The notes beneath the pieces were generated by a model. That model was given only the letters and a program-made list of their open reading frames with translations. It made no database searches and was not told the origin of the DNA. A stretch of DNA of 64,000 bases from Paragordius varius (Eukaryota; Animalia; Nematomorpha): NCBI GenBank assembly GCA_964247055.1, contig OZ176053.1, positions 558,001 through 622,000 of the forward strand, written 5' to 3'. Positions 1-12,888 of this stretch are shown one piece after another (position 1 is the first letter of the stretch; each line of letters begins with the position of its first letter). Made by a program: the position numbers and the translations under genes.

Positions 1-3000
1 GACTATTAGTTGGGGCAATTATATCATTGCAAAAATAGCAACCAAGTTGACAACCTTGTGCAATACTATCTGTTTTAGTCAAAAAACCATTTAAACTTTG
101 AATTTACCCTTGAACAATTCAAATTACCCCTAAAAATAAAATATGTGTTTTCGGGCGGCTAATATAACTCATTATTAATATAAAATGCATCTTTGTGGCT
201 TAGTTTATTATTTTTTTCAGTATTAAGTAAGTAATTTTTAATCTTAAAGAACACATATAATTTATTTTAGGGTGAATTTGAAGTGTAAATGGTACAGTAA
301 TAAAATTATTTTAACACTTTTTAGGACATATATAAACATCCAAATAATTCAACATTTATAAATTTAAATTCTTGGATTAAGATATATCCTAACAAAAAAC
401 ACTTTTATAAAAATTGCATCGAAATTAAGGTTGAATGGACATAAATAAATTATAATTTTAGTAAAGCAATTAAAATTGCGTATTTACAATTAAAATCAAA
501 TAAAGAGCCGCAAGTCAACCATATTTTTTGACAATTTTTTTATATAGATTATGAACTATATCCAATATTGAAAAGATCAATTTAAAAAAAATGCTATTCT
601 TCACTAAATTATGACTTTTAACTTAAATTTCTTAAATATTATTAAAAACTATACTGTTAAGTAAATATAATTAATAACTTTCCATTTAAAAAAGCTATAA
701 TATAATGTTACTAAATAATATATATACCTTTGACATACGCATCACCTGATTGGGACAACTGTTTAGTGTCAGATGTTTTGTCACCATTCATTGGCGCATA
801 TGATCTCAATCCATGTCGTATGATGAGATATGAATCAAAACCAAGTGCCGTTGTTATTACCAACTATAAAAAAAACAATTTCAACTTATATTTAATTAAA
901 CTTTGTAAGTAATTTAAATTCATAAAAATATCTTTGTCTATAAAAAAATTAATTTAAAGATAAAACTGATAAAGAATAATATATTGATAATGTATTATTT
1001 TGTCCATTATTCCACATTATTAAAAAAATTAAATAATATATTTTCTTTTCTTGATTTAATGTAAATTCTATAATCTCATTTAACATTTATCTTATAAATA
1101 TATTAACTTAAAAACTATTTTAAAAAGACAAAAAAATAATCAACCTTTTTCCTTACGGCCCCAATAACAGTGGGTAGCCATCGACTTTCTCGACTGTCAG
1201 TTAGGAGAAATATGGCATCATTTTCTTGTATCAGAGCATCTAACAATTCAATTTCATTCAACTGTTCTTTTGATTTTGCCATAGCTATAGAGTTTTGAGA
1301 GCTACCTAAACATAGAATAAAATAATTTTACAATGATTAAGGTTTTGCATAATGAATGAATATTAACCAGGCTATTATGATATAAAACATAAATTGCATC
1401 ACTCTATATATTAAAAATGGCGTCAATAAAAAAATCGTGCACTAATATTCTGAATTCTGGTTTAAAAAATTTGATTTTCAAATAAAAACTGAATACTTAT
1501 TTAAAAATTTACCTATTGAATAAATATATTTGGGTTCATAAGCGTGTCCTGGACAAGGAATTGTCACATTATAACCTTTAGATACCTATATATATTAGTG
1601 TTCAAATAAAAAATATTTATGATACCATAAAAATATTTTTATTTTGCCCTTTAAATTAATAGAAAAAGGCGTATATAATTATCGATGTATACCACATTAG
1701 GGTATATGGTTTTGAGAGCTTGGGCCGCAATTTCAGCTTTATTACGGAGCGAATTATTAACATTATTTTCTGTTGTAGTTAAATTTAAATCAGGTGATTT
1801 GACATTCGTATTTTGATTCGTTGATGCTGATGATGATTGAGCACATCTAAAGGCATCCTCGAACGTATATAAAGATTGCCGTGTAGGATTAGAATAGGAA
1901 ACAGTGCCATTATCAATGAACGTAATGTGAGTTATACCCCATGCCTTAAATAATCAGATAGACAAATTGTGCATAAAATAATTATATCTTTGTAAACAAA
2001 AGTTATTATATTTCACAATTGTAAAAATAATTTTATTTTGATCATAAACCATAATACTATGGGGAAATATAAAGTTTAGATAATTTATAGTTTTATGTTT
2101 CCCATAAGAATGGATATATAAAAGAATACGGTTTTTATGACATAATAAGGCCAAATTATATCGTTAAAACAATATTAAAATTTAGACATTTCCGCACAAA
2201 AACAAAAATTAACCCAAAATTATGTCAAAACTATGATTAATAGCTAAAAGGTATACCAGAAGACAACGGGCAACATTACATCCCAACGTACCGGCCCCGA
2301 TTAAAAGACATCGATTGGCCCAAAGCCGTTCCAAATCAAGGTCTGGCAAAATGCGCCATTTCATGAGCCGAATGTTAAGTTGAGACGATGTTTTAGCAAT
2401 GAGCCCAGGGTCAAGCAAGGGAGAAAGGTCTAAACACTTTGGCCCCAATGATGGGTTATGGGTGGTATCGCTGACAAATTTTTCATAACCTATAATCATA
2501 GTAATAAAAATGGGTAAGGCAAAGATGTTGAAGTCAACTCTCAATTGTTTTCATAGCACAATTGCGTTAATAAATGTTTTCCCAATCATTCCTCAGAATA
2601 GGAAACCATTTTTTAAGGCTATTGTGCAGTAGTGTTTATTAAATAATTTTTAAACACCTGTAAATTTGACCCATTCTTGAGATACAGTATAATCTTTGTC
2701 ATTTTCATACATGTAGTTGAATGCCAAAGCAGAGTTACCAGAATTTTGATAAGCATTGTTAAAATGCATGGGATAAATGCAAAATTTTATATTATTATGA
2801 AGATGATTGGAAGAATTGTTTGAAAGACTTCGGAAAAAATCATCAAAAATTATTTTAAGGTAGGCTAAAAGGTTTCTTAAAACCCAACTTGGATAAAACG
2901 ATCCGTTGTAAAACATGCCAAACGGATCAAAATATACAATAAGGATAATTTTTTGATTATTCAGGACTTGTGTAAGTAGATTTTGATGGATAAAATCCAT

Positions 3001-3670
3001 TGAAAATTGTTTAATGGTGTTAGAAGAACTATCTGTTGTGAAAAATGTTTGAGGAATGGAGTTAAGCTCCGATTTTTCTATATCTTTCAACAAATTCTGA
3101 AAACATAAAATAGAATATACGTGAGGAATAATTATATTTTTATCTATAATATCGGCAGACGGCTTATATTGACCAATGAAATTGATAGATGGGACTGCAA
3201 ACCAGTAGTAATATTTATATTTTTTAATATCCTTGTATAGTCAAAAAATATTTACTGCATAACATAAAACATAAAATGTTGAAAGCTGTTTAATCGGCAA
3301 TGATTTTTCATTTTTGATGGCTTGTTTAAAATTTTCTAAAACCTTAACATATAAATAAACAAACTTTATTTCCATAATCGTGTAACAATCGTTTCTTATC
3401 ATAATTGGTAAATTTTTCAAACGTATTAGTTAAAATTAAATAGCCATTAAAAGATTTTGGACATGTTGGATCAACATCGTCAAAAGATCTACCCTCCAAC
3501 ATTAACGAATTTTCATCTTTTCCTAAAAATTATAATATACCATTCAAGATATAGCCAGTAATAGGTATTTCCGATTCATCAAGCTTTACATGATCAATCT
3601 TGACTTCTGCTAATCTTACCCAAAAGGATAAATCTATGTGGGATTTTGTCGGTGCAAATTTTAAATTCAT
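1..3670 (-). CDS. ATG7: Ubiquitin-like modifier-activating enzyme ATG7 (E1-like), 3'-partial; continues past the left edge
   Basis: Manual GT-AG model with consistent phases. Exons: 3670-3541, 3522-3365, 3342-3256, 3231-3121, 3096-2658, 2489-2257, 1944-1693, 1585-1513, 1305-1145, 863-728, 69-1. Translation includes [99 protein letters not shown] and LGCYFCND, all recognisable ATG7 motifs. The catalytic Cys region lies beyond the window edge. Confidence 0.96.
87..292. mobile_element. MITE family B (CCATTTAC...GTAAATGG, 21-bp TTCAAATTCACCCTTGAACAA repeats); about 15 copies in the window
   Basis: Sits in an ATG7 intron 17 nt from the acceptor. Other copies at about 8160-8457, 14545-14758, 32103-32390, 38595-38835, 42470-42865, 45791-46033, 50805-51115, 56178-56436 and 57400-57760. 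Confidence 0.78.
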
Positions 3671-3974
3671 ATGATTACCATATTGAAACAACTGACAAAC
3701 CTTCAAAATATAACTTTTATTAGTTTTCTGAGTTAAAAAATTTAGAAGGTTATTATTTTACTGCTTCTACGTTTTACAAAGTAAGTATTTGTTATATTAA
3801 TATATTTAATATATAACCACCTTTTTCGGGTATAAAATGCCCCCCCCTTTTTTTAATATTTTACGATTTATTGAATGACTCGAGGAGGAATTTCATTTAT
3901 TTAAAAATGATTTCAATTGTTGAAGGGTTTATTTGAGCTCCTTACGAGTGACATTAAATTTATTTTCACTTTTT

Positions 3975-4880
3975 TTGTAAGTGCTCAGTATCAAAAAATG
4001 GCAAAATAGTGGTACATTTTTTAAATGAATTTACATTGATGCATGCTTATTCCTAAAAATATCCCCAAAATACATAAACTACCTATAAAAAGCAAAAATA
4101 TATTTCAAAAAAATCTTTAGATGTGGACTCCGAAAGTCCCAAACTTATTCGCTCCTCCGAAATGAACTATTTCCCTTAAAATAAACGCATAATGCGCGAT
4201 AAATTTTTAAATATTAAGTTTTGACATATAAAAATACTTAAATGCAAATTTTTTCAATCTAATAAAAAAAATAGTTGAAGCGCTAAATATTAGTTTGACG
4301 CATGATTGAAACGGTATAAAAAAGAATTTTTATATTTTAAAAACACTTTTTCGATATAATTCGATGAATAAACTTTAATACCTCAGAAATTCTATTCGTT
4401 TGTCTTCAAATTTATGCTAAATTATTTTGATTTTTTTACAAACTTTCAGAAAAAAATTAAAGTGGACGAACCAAGCAATGGAAATGTTATCATCTAATTA
4501 TATATTAAAATATTTATAAAATCCAAAATTTATACCGTTTTCATCATGCCTCAAACTATTAAGTGCGATTCAACATTTCGATAAATTTTGATTTAAAAAA
4601 ATTATGCATTTTTCAAAAGGGTTTTATGTCAAACTTAGTATATATTTTAAAAGACGCCTAACCCCGGCAACACAGTTTATTTAAGATAGACCATTTTACA
4701 GCAAAAAATGGGACTTTCCGAGTCCACATTTGAAAATTATTTTTAAATATAGTTTTGTTTTTATAGGTAGTTTATGACATATTTTAGTGATATTTTTTGG
4801 AATGATGCATTCATTCAAAAATTATTTAAAAAAGAGTGTGCACATTTTGCTATTTTATGATACGAATAGTACTCTAAAGC
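3975..4880. repeat. Degraded foldback palindrome of about 900 bp upstream of ATG7; a related arm lies at about 19330-19650
   Basis: Inverted blocks such as GTGGACTCCGAAAGTCCC (about 4122) / GGGACTTTCCGAGTCCAC (about 4710) and ACGCATGATTGAAACGGTATAAA / TTTATACCGTTTTCATCATGCCT. Boundaries are approximate. Confidence 0.7.
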
Positions 4881-6091
4881 GCCAAAATCAAAATAACATA
4901 ATCCTGATACATTTTTTATATATATTTTATCAAGTAATTTTTTTATAACCCCCTCCCCCCTCCCTTTCGGACGTTGTCAAGTGGATAAAAGAAAAACGTG
5001 AAACCATTTTTGAATCCATTTAATCATTGTCATAAAGCTTAGAAGCCACGTAATAGTTTTGTATTTAACATCAAATGGCGGCTTTCTTGGAGGTTACTTA
5101 AAAAGTGCTAGGCTAAAATTTTTGGGGTAGTTTTTTTATTACAGAGAAACGACTAGTTTCTGGCATTCGTAAAAAAAGTAATTTTTGTATTGGATTTAGA
5201 TGAGCCCATTTCCGGAAAATTGTCTCAAATCCAACATTCTTAATTTGTTATAATATATATCAAAAGTTGAAATTGGACCTTTTTCGGTTACAAGTTAAAT
5301 TTATTTCTCCTAGTCCTCGTTTCACACAATTATAAAAAAATTATCTATTACCAAATTTCGGTTTAAAAACGGATAAGAAACAATTTTTGGTTTATTAAAA
5401 ATATATATTTTATTCAAATCTTGGCTTTTTTTATTATAAAAAAAGCCAATCACATTATAAAGATGTTTCAGCGGTTCTCAGTTAATAATCTATTAAACTG
5501 ATAACGAGGCATAAAAACCATATAATAATGATAAAAAGGTTCTTAATTCTCTAAATATTAAATTAAAGTATATATTTTAAACTGCGCTATTCCAAATAAA
5601 ATTTAAAAAAAATACTATAAATTATTCAAAAATTTATTTTGTTTTACTTTAGGGGTATCCAAAAATAATTTAGCTTGGAAAATGCTTCAAGACATTTTTT
5701 ACCGCTAACTTTTTAAGTGCACACCCTTAAATCCTCTTAAAAAAGTTTATTACATGGTCGATATTTATGTAATGGGTCCTAATAAAAAACCCTGTATTTT
5801 ATATGCCTTTAAATTTGCTTTATTCAAATTTTCACCACAAGCTATTTCTAGGCACTATCTCTGGGTAATTTATCAATTTTACATGTTAAATTTATTCGTT
5901 GGCTTAATATAAAACTAAGGTTATTTTGATTTTCGTTTTTGCGATTTTGATATGATCTGTTTTAAAATGGACTCGGTATAATCCCACACTACATGGTGTA
6001 AAACCCAATAAATGACAAAAACCTTCAGATTAAATCAAATTATATTAAATTAGAAAGTGTCCAATTTACATACGATAATGTTTTATACATA

Positions 6092-6363
6092 CAGTAAAAA
6101 TTGAAATTATACAGACAAAATTTTTTTTTCAAAAGACAACCTGTTTTTTATATCTTGATTATTTTCAATATAACTCACTATTTTAATACAAATTGTATTA
6201 AATACAGATGTAAATAGGAAACCCCATCAGTTTATATTCTACAGTGGTAGGTAACTATTTTATATAAGTAATATTACGGTTTAAAAAAGTATGGTTGTTT
6301 TTTGAAATAAAATATTTGTCTTTATACTTTTACGTTTACTCCGTATAATTTCAGTTTTTATTG
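6092..6363. mobile_element. MITE family A (TA|CAGTAAAAATTGAAATTATACGGAC..., about 270-310 bp, palindromic); about 25 copies in the window
   Basis: Long imperfect TIRs (CAGTAAAAA...TTTTTACTG), the internal pair AACCATACTTTT / AAAAGTATGGTT, and TA flanks are typical of Tc1/mariner-type MITEs. Other copies, some partial, at about 7010-7290, 7593-7880, 8500-8760, 9310-9567, 10270-10505, 11040-11306, 12487-12722, 13670-13950, 15750-16003, 20590-20850, 21302-21522, 29948-30409, 34783-35050, 44660-44958, 46524-46750, 51900-52160 and 58497-58829. Confidence 0.85.
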
Positions 6364-6733
6364 TAAGTTTGATTCACCAAAATTTAATATGTTACATAAA
6401 TTTTATATAAAATAAATCTCGATTGCACATTCATATTAATTTGACTGACTGTTGAGTTTCTTAATTTTATCCATATTCTTATGCAAGGTCATAGGTAATA
6501 CGATAGCTCTTGTAAGTATTTCGTATGGAAACCACGGAGGTCGTAATTTTAATGGTCAACACAATTTAATTCTATGTCAGTATGATAACAAGCAATATAT
6601 AAACCACACACACCTATTTATGGATAAAACCGTAAATATAAACATAACATATTTTACACTAAATGACCAATGTAAATATTATTTGCTATTTAAAAAATAA
6701 TTTATTGTAAGAGGGCTACTTTTTTTGCCTTGT

Positions 6734-9700
6734 ATGAGAAGAATTAATTATCAAGTGTTCCGTAGCCAATCGGTATAATTATTTCAATATTTTTAATATT
6801 TGAAAGCTAACCAATTTTATGAAAGAAAACGCTATTCTGGTCCTCACAGTGGGTGGAACTTTTTTGGGTCTTTTAGCAGGATTTATTATCCGCTCCCAAT
6901 TTTCTTTCAATTTGGATCATCTGGAATTAATTAAGATGCCTGGTGATGCTTTCATAAACGCAATGAATATGTTAACCATACCTCTACTTATCTCCAGCGT
7001 AATTTCAGGTTTTAACGTATACAGACATACAAAATGTCAAAATATAAAGACAAATATTTTTAACAAATGACAACCATAATTATTTAAACTTAATTTTTTA
7101 AATGTAACCCATTGTTTAAAATGCAAGTATGATATATTGATAGAAATTGGTAACATATACAATTTATTCGATATCTGTAATACAATTGTGAAAATAGTTT
7201 TAGGAAAAATTAAGGTTTAAAAATGGTTTGTCTTTTAAAAAATTATTTGTCTTTTAGTTGGACGTTTCGTTCTGTATAATTTTTACTGTAAATAATATCT
7301 ATTTAAAGGTAATAATAAATTTAACAGTTAAAGTTGTAAATGTAATTACCATATATAAAAAAAGCAATTAAAAAATATTTTACCCAAATATATTAACATT
7401 TTTTAATCAAAATTCATTAAAAGTTTATGTTTATAGTTAAGCGGCCGCAGTCATGGTTAAAATGTTTAAATTGTTTTAAATAATACCGTTTTTGCGCTAA
7501 AACAAATCCTTTAAATTCAAAAAGACGAGTCAAAAACTCATTTATCGATTAATACCCCAAACTTTATTCCGAAATCGGCAATATATATATATTAAGTACT
7601 GAAATTATACGGACAAACGTAAAAATATAAAGACAAATAATTTTTCTAAAAACCATACTTCTTAATTTATTTCAATATAAGTGATGATTGTTTTAAATGG
7701 CAAAGTATGAAATAGAGATATATATTACTAACACAATCAATTCTATACTTTACAATTGTAACTAAGTAGTTTATATGGGACATTAAAAGGTTTTAAAAAG
7801 TATGGTTGTTGTCTTTTAGGTCAAAATATTTGTCTTTATATTTTTGCATTTTGTCTATAGTATAATTTCAATTTTTACTGTATCTATATTTGATAGGTAT
7901 TTCACAAATGGAAGGCGTGTCTTTCGATAGAGTTGGTGTTCGAACTCTCCTGTATTTCATGTGTTCTGCCATTTTAGCCGTCTTGAGTGGAGTTACCATA
8001 GCTTATCTTATTCAACCATGTGGCGGATATAAATATTTTGAGAGGCCTTCAGCTATTCCAAAAGCATACATAAACCAGGCTTTACCAGAGATTACTAGGA
8101 GGGACTTGGCTTTAAATTTCATTAGGTGAACCTAAAATATTAATTAATTAAATAATATACCATTTACGATCCAAATTCACCCTTAAACAATTTAAATTCA
8201 CCCTGAAAAAATTCAAATTCACTCTTGAACAATTCAAATTCACCCTAAAAATAAATTATGTGTTTTCGGGCTAATATATCATCCTTAATAAAAAATATAT
8301 TCTAATGGCATTGTTTATTATTTTTTCAGTATTTTATTAATTTTAAACGATTTTTTAAAAATATTATAAAATAAAATTAATTTTTTTCTTAAAAAAACAA
8401 ATAATTTATTTTAGGGTGAATTTAAATTGTTCGAGGGTGAATTTGAACTATAAATGTTATATTATATATAAAGTATTAATCAAAACACACAATGAATAAT
8501 GAAATTTTACAGGTCAAAATTAAAACTAAAATACAAATTTTTTTTGAAAAAAGACAACCATACTTTCACTTAAACTCTATTTAATTATAATTCTCTATTA
8601 TATATTTCAATATCATAACAATTTATCTTTCCCTAGTTGGTAACCCAAAATGAGGAATTATATTTAAAAAATAATCTTTTATAAATATGGTTTTGTCTTT
8701 CAAAAAAATATTTGACTTTTAGTTATTACGTTTTGTCCGTATAATTACCTCTTTACCGTTAATATCTAACCTATTTAATTGTGCATTGCAGAAATATTTT
8801 CTTGTTGACACCAAAATATAAGGACATTTCTCCACCAGAAAAAAATGAGAGTTATTCCAAAATGAAAACCTTGAACTTTCGCTGTCAAAGTCTTAGTAGA
8901 AAAGTGTTGTTATTTCCAAACTCTCCAAATATAATTGGTAAATTTTGCGTATACTATGCAAATTAAAAAATGTCATTTTTTTAAAATAATTCACTTTTAG
9001 GTTTAATTACAGCAAGTATATTGTTTGGAGTAACTGTACAAAAAATGGGTCCGACTGCACGCATATTCAAAGAAATGCTTAATTTTATTGATTCCATCCT
9101 TATGAGAATATCTACCATAATTATGTGGTTGCTATTATATATATATATATATATATATATATTTAAAATTGAACTAATTATCATTAAAACAATCCGAATA
9201 TAAATAGTGAATTTTTGCCTTTAAGTTAAATAATAAATTCAAATTTATAAACGCATAATTGATTAAACAGTAGGACAAGGGTATCCAATCATACCCAATT
9301 ATAAACATTTATACAGACAATACCTAAAAAAAGACAATAATTTGTTTGTAAAAACAACCTTACTTTTTTAAATTTTTTTCTTATATAAGTATTTGTACAA
9401 TTATAAAATACATTGATTGTGTTATCTATTATCTCTATTTGACATTTGTGGTTCAAAAGATTCCCTTTTAAAGATATAAGGTTTTAAAAGTATGGTTGTT
9501 TGTCTTTTGAAAGTATTTGTCTTTATATTTTTACTTTTTGTCTGTATAAATTTTTTTAAAACTGTTATGTAAGGTATTCTCCTATTGGTATTATGTCAAT
9601 GCTCATAGCAAATATTGTAGTTATGGAAAACGTTTCAGATGTTATAGCTCGTTTAAGTCTCTACGTTATAACTATCTTGATTGCATCGTGTGTTCATTGT

Positions 9701-12295
9701 TTGATATGCCTTCCACTCCTGTTTATGGCGTTGACTGGGCAAAATCCTTTCAAATACATGGCTAATATTGTGCCAGCGCTGGGAACAGCTTTTGGAACCG
9801 GTACAAGGTTTGGAATTATACATTCAAATAAAAGTTTATTTCTCAAAAATTAGTAATACTCTAAAAAGACAACCTTATAATTACAATTTAAATTTTATAA
9901 TTGAGTTTATTAACAATTTACATCGCTATTTCCCATTTTACGAACTAAGCGATGAGTAATTAAAAAAAATCAAGGTTTATAAAGTATGGATGTCTTTTAA
10001 ATATTTCTCTTTTAGACGTTTTTCTGGTTTTAATTTTTTTTTACTCCCAAAAAAGCTCTTATTTGCAAAATTTTAGAACTAAGCTTGGATAATGCATTAA
10101 TTAAAATTGAACTACTTATACGGCCCCAATGCAATCTTTTATGTCTCCGATATTCTAAAGTTTGTTCATTATGAATTGTAATGAATGAAAAGGTATTAAA
10201 TATTTCGATGTACACCCCAGGAAATTATTAATTAAATTTTAGATGAAATTTTCGTTAGACACGGCTGGCTTACAGTAATAATTGAATATACGGACAAAAC
10301 GTTAAAATATAAAGACAAATATTTTATTTTTCTCATATAAGCCATTATTACAATTGTAAGATATAGAATTTATTGTGTTATAATATATATCACTATTTCA
10401 AAATTTGCCATTCAAAACAATGTATATTGAAATAAATCAAGATTTAAAAAGTATAGTTGTTTTTTTAATTATATTTTTACGTTATTTCCGTATAATTTCA
10501 AAATCAAAATATATTAAAACTATTTTGTTTTACACAATTTAGTTTGGCGACATTACCTATTACAATGACTTGCGTGGAAAAAGAAAACGCAGTTGATGTT
10601 AGAATCTCGAGATTTGTTTTACCCTTAGGCGCCTTAATCAATATGGATGGAACTGGATTGTACGAAGCTGCGATGGCCATTTGTTTAGCACAAACGCACA
10701 AAATCAGTTGTGGCCGCACTCTTTTAAATCTAAGGTTGGGGGCAAATTATACAATTTATATATACTAATTTACAAATGTTATAGGATAGAGTTAATTCTA
10801 ATGTTTAAGCAGGATTCATGTTTTTAGATCTATTCTGTCTGTAAATTAAAATGCATACATTTATACAACTACAATTTAATTTAACATTTTAAAAATCAAA
10901 GTAAAAATTGAAATTATACAGACAAAACGTAAATAGAGATAAATATTATTTACTAAAAGACAACCATACTTTTAAAACCTAAATTTTTCTCATTTAATCT
11001 ATTGAATTTACAGTTATAAACTATAGAATTGATTGTGATAGTACGGACAAAACGTAAAAATATAAAAACAAATATTTTTTACTAACAACATTCATAGTTT
11101 ATAAATCTTGATTTATTAAATATAATTGTTTTAATGGCCAAGTGTGAAATAATATATATAACTAAAACAATCAATTCTATTCTATACAATTGTAACTAAA
11201 TAGTTTATATGAGAAAAATTACGGTTTAAAAAGTATGGTTGTCTTAGATAAAAATATTTGTCTTTATATTTTTACGTTTGATCCGTATAATTTTAATTTT
11301 TACCGTATATTTATTTTTGATACGTAAAGATGAAACGACCTGAAAATATCTATTTTTGAATGCAAAACAAATCAAAATTTTCATAATTAAATGGTATGTT
11401 TATATAAATATTTAGCATAACTAGCATTTTAATGAACATGGGATCCCTAAAGACTTCGTCAAACAATCGACTCGTGAATTCCATGATAATGTTAAATTTA
11501 CTCAAATTACCCGTGGATGATATGACTCTTCTTATTGCTACAATTGATTGGTTATTGTAAAAATTATATTATGTTAACTTAAAAACTTGAAATTTTTTAA
11601 TTACCAACAGGGATATTTATAACACATAAGATTTATATCAAATTTAAAACTACCATTTACACCGCTGGCTTCCAACCTTTTTTTGTTTACACCTAAATTG
11701 AAATGAAGGTTTTGCGGCCCTCAAAAAAATCCAAGATAAAAATATAAAATATATTATAAAAATTCCAATCAATAAGATCTTTATATCTGCTTTTTTTAAA
11801 ATATTTTTTCCATATCGTTGACAAATCGTGATAATTCGCACTTGAAATTCTTTAATTTGTTTCTAATTTATTTTTTAATTAAGTGTGCGATATTTTTTGC
11901 GCTACCCTTAGGAGAGCGCTGCCCCCATTTTGGGAACCACTGATATAGAGTAAAAGGCCCATAGAAAAATAGTATAAACGATTTTAGACTTTTTAATTAA
12001 TATGACGCAATATAAAAAGTTGCCATTATTAATTTTGTCACATTATTTTTTTACAAACCAAATTATAATTAGGGATAGATTCCGTGCAATGACAAATGTC
12101 CTTAGCGATTCTCTAGGAGCCGGTATAGTTCACAGTTTAAGTCTGAAAGATTTGAAAATTTTAGAAACACGCGAAAATATTTTGAATCAAACAACAATCT
12201 TTGTAGCTTCAAGCGAAGATGGAGAAAATATCAGTGCTCTAAGTTATGAAAGACAATTCCGAAATTATCAATACGAAAATGTTAATAACCCTTAG
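6734..12295 (+). CDS. SLC1/EAAT-family excitatory amino acid (glutamate) transporter, divergent, about 510 aa
   Basis: Exons: 6734-6772, 6807-7008, 7897-8125, 8792-8937, 9001-9127, 9574-9807, 10543-10734, 11416-11556, 12073-12295; phases are consistent. Motifs include [47 protein letters not shown] and [23 protein letters not shown]. The first exon ([13 protein letters not shown]) with its 34-nt intron is less certain; the ATG at 6819 is an alternative start. Confidence 0.92.
11661..11942. mobile_element. Possible degraded hAT-type MITE in an EAAT intron
   Basis: Right end TTTTGGGAACCACTG is a typical Charlie-like TIR. Left end CCGCTGGCTTCCAACC matches only weakly. Confidence 0.4.
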
Positions 12296-12888
12296 ATATT
12301 AAGTCTATTTATGTGGAAAGACTTTTTAATAAATCGTATTTTTGCTATACATTAATCAAACCGTGTATTGGGTTCAATAACTAAAAATTATATTTTTTCG
12401 AACAAAAATTAAACCTTATTTATGTTTTCACGAAAAAAGTTAAAAGATCTATTAGGCAAAAAAGGTACCATACATATTAAAGATAAAGTGAAAATTAAAA
12501 TTATACGGACAAAGACAAATATTTTTTTCTAAAAGACAGCCACACTTTTTATCTCAAATTTCTAAATTTAAAATATTTGTTAAAAATTGGAAATATGGAA
12601 TAGATATATATATATATATATATATATAGGTAACACATTCAATTATATATTTTATAATTGTAAATAAATATTATAGGAAAAATTTGGATTTAAAAATTTG
12701 TCTTTATATCAGTTTTTACTGTATTTTAATGGTATATGGGTAAGAATGAAATGAATATCTGGATATAAATTTATTTATGGATAATCTACTAAAACATGTA
12801 TTATGAATCATTCAAGAATTGATAAAAAAAGGGTGTAATTTATTAGTTTCAAATATTCACAGACACATGGATTTTATGATAATAATAA

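Noticed and set aside
711-727. 17-nt GT-AG segment after the ATG7 exon ending at 728
   Set aside because: Splicing it gives non-ATG7 sequence and a stop after about 17 codons. Homology resumes only at the acceptor at 70. It is worth checking only as a possible lower size limit.
3523-3540. Stop-codon reassignment (TAA as sense) instead of an 18-nt intron
   Set aside because: TAA and TAG terminate filamin, PRP19 and EAAT, the neighbouring 22-nt intron frameshifts regardless, and the segment has GT-AG ends.
5493-5506. TTATCAGTTTAATA on the minus strand matches U2 snRNA stem IIa
   Set aside because: The U2 5' stem, branch-site recognition sequence (GTGTAGTA) and Sm site are absent, and a 14-nt AT-rich match is expected by chance.
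11394-11415. 22-nt GTATGT...TAG mini-intron before EAAT exon 8
   Set aside because: The sequence upstream is not an in-frame exon (immediate stops), and the TM alignment needs no extra residues.
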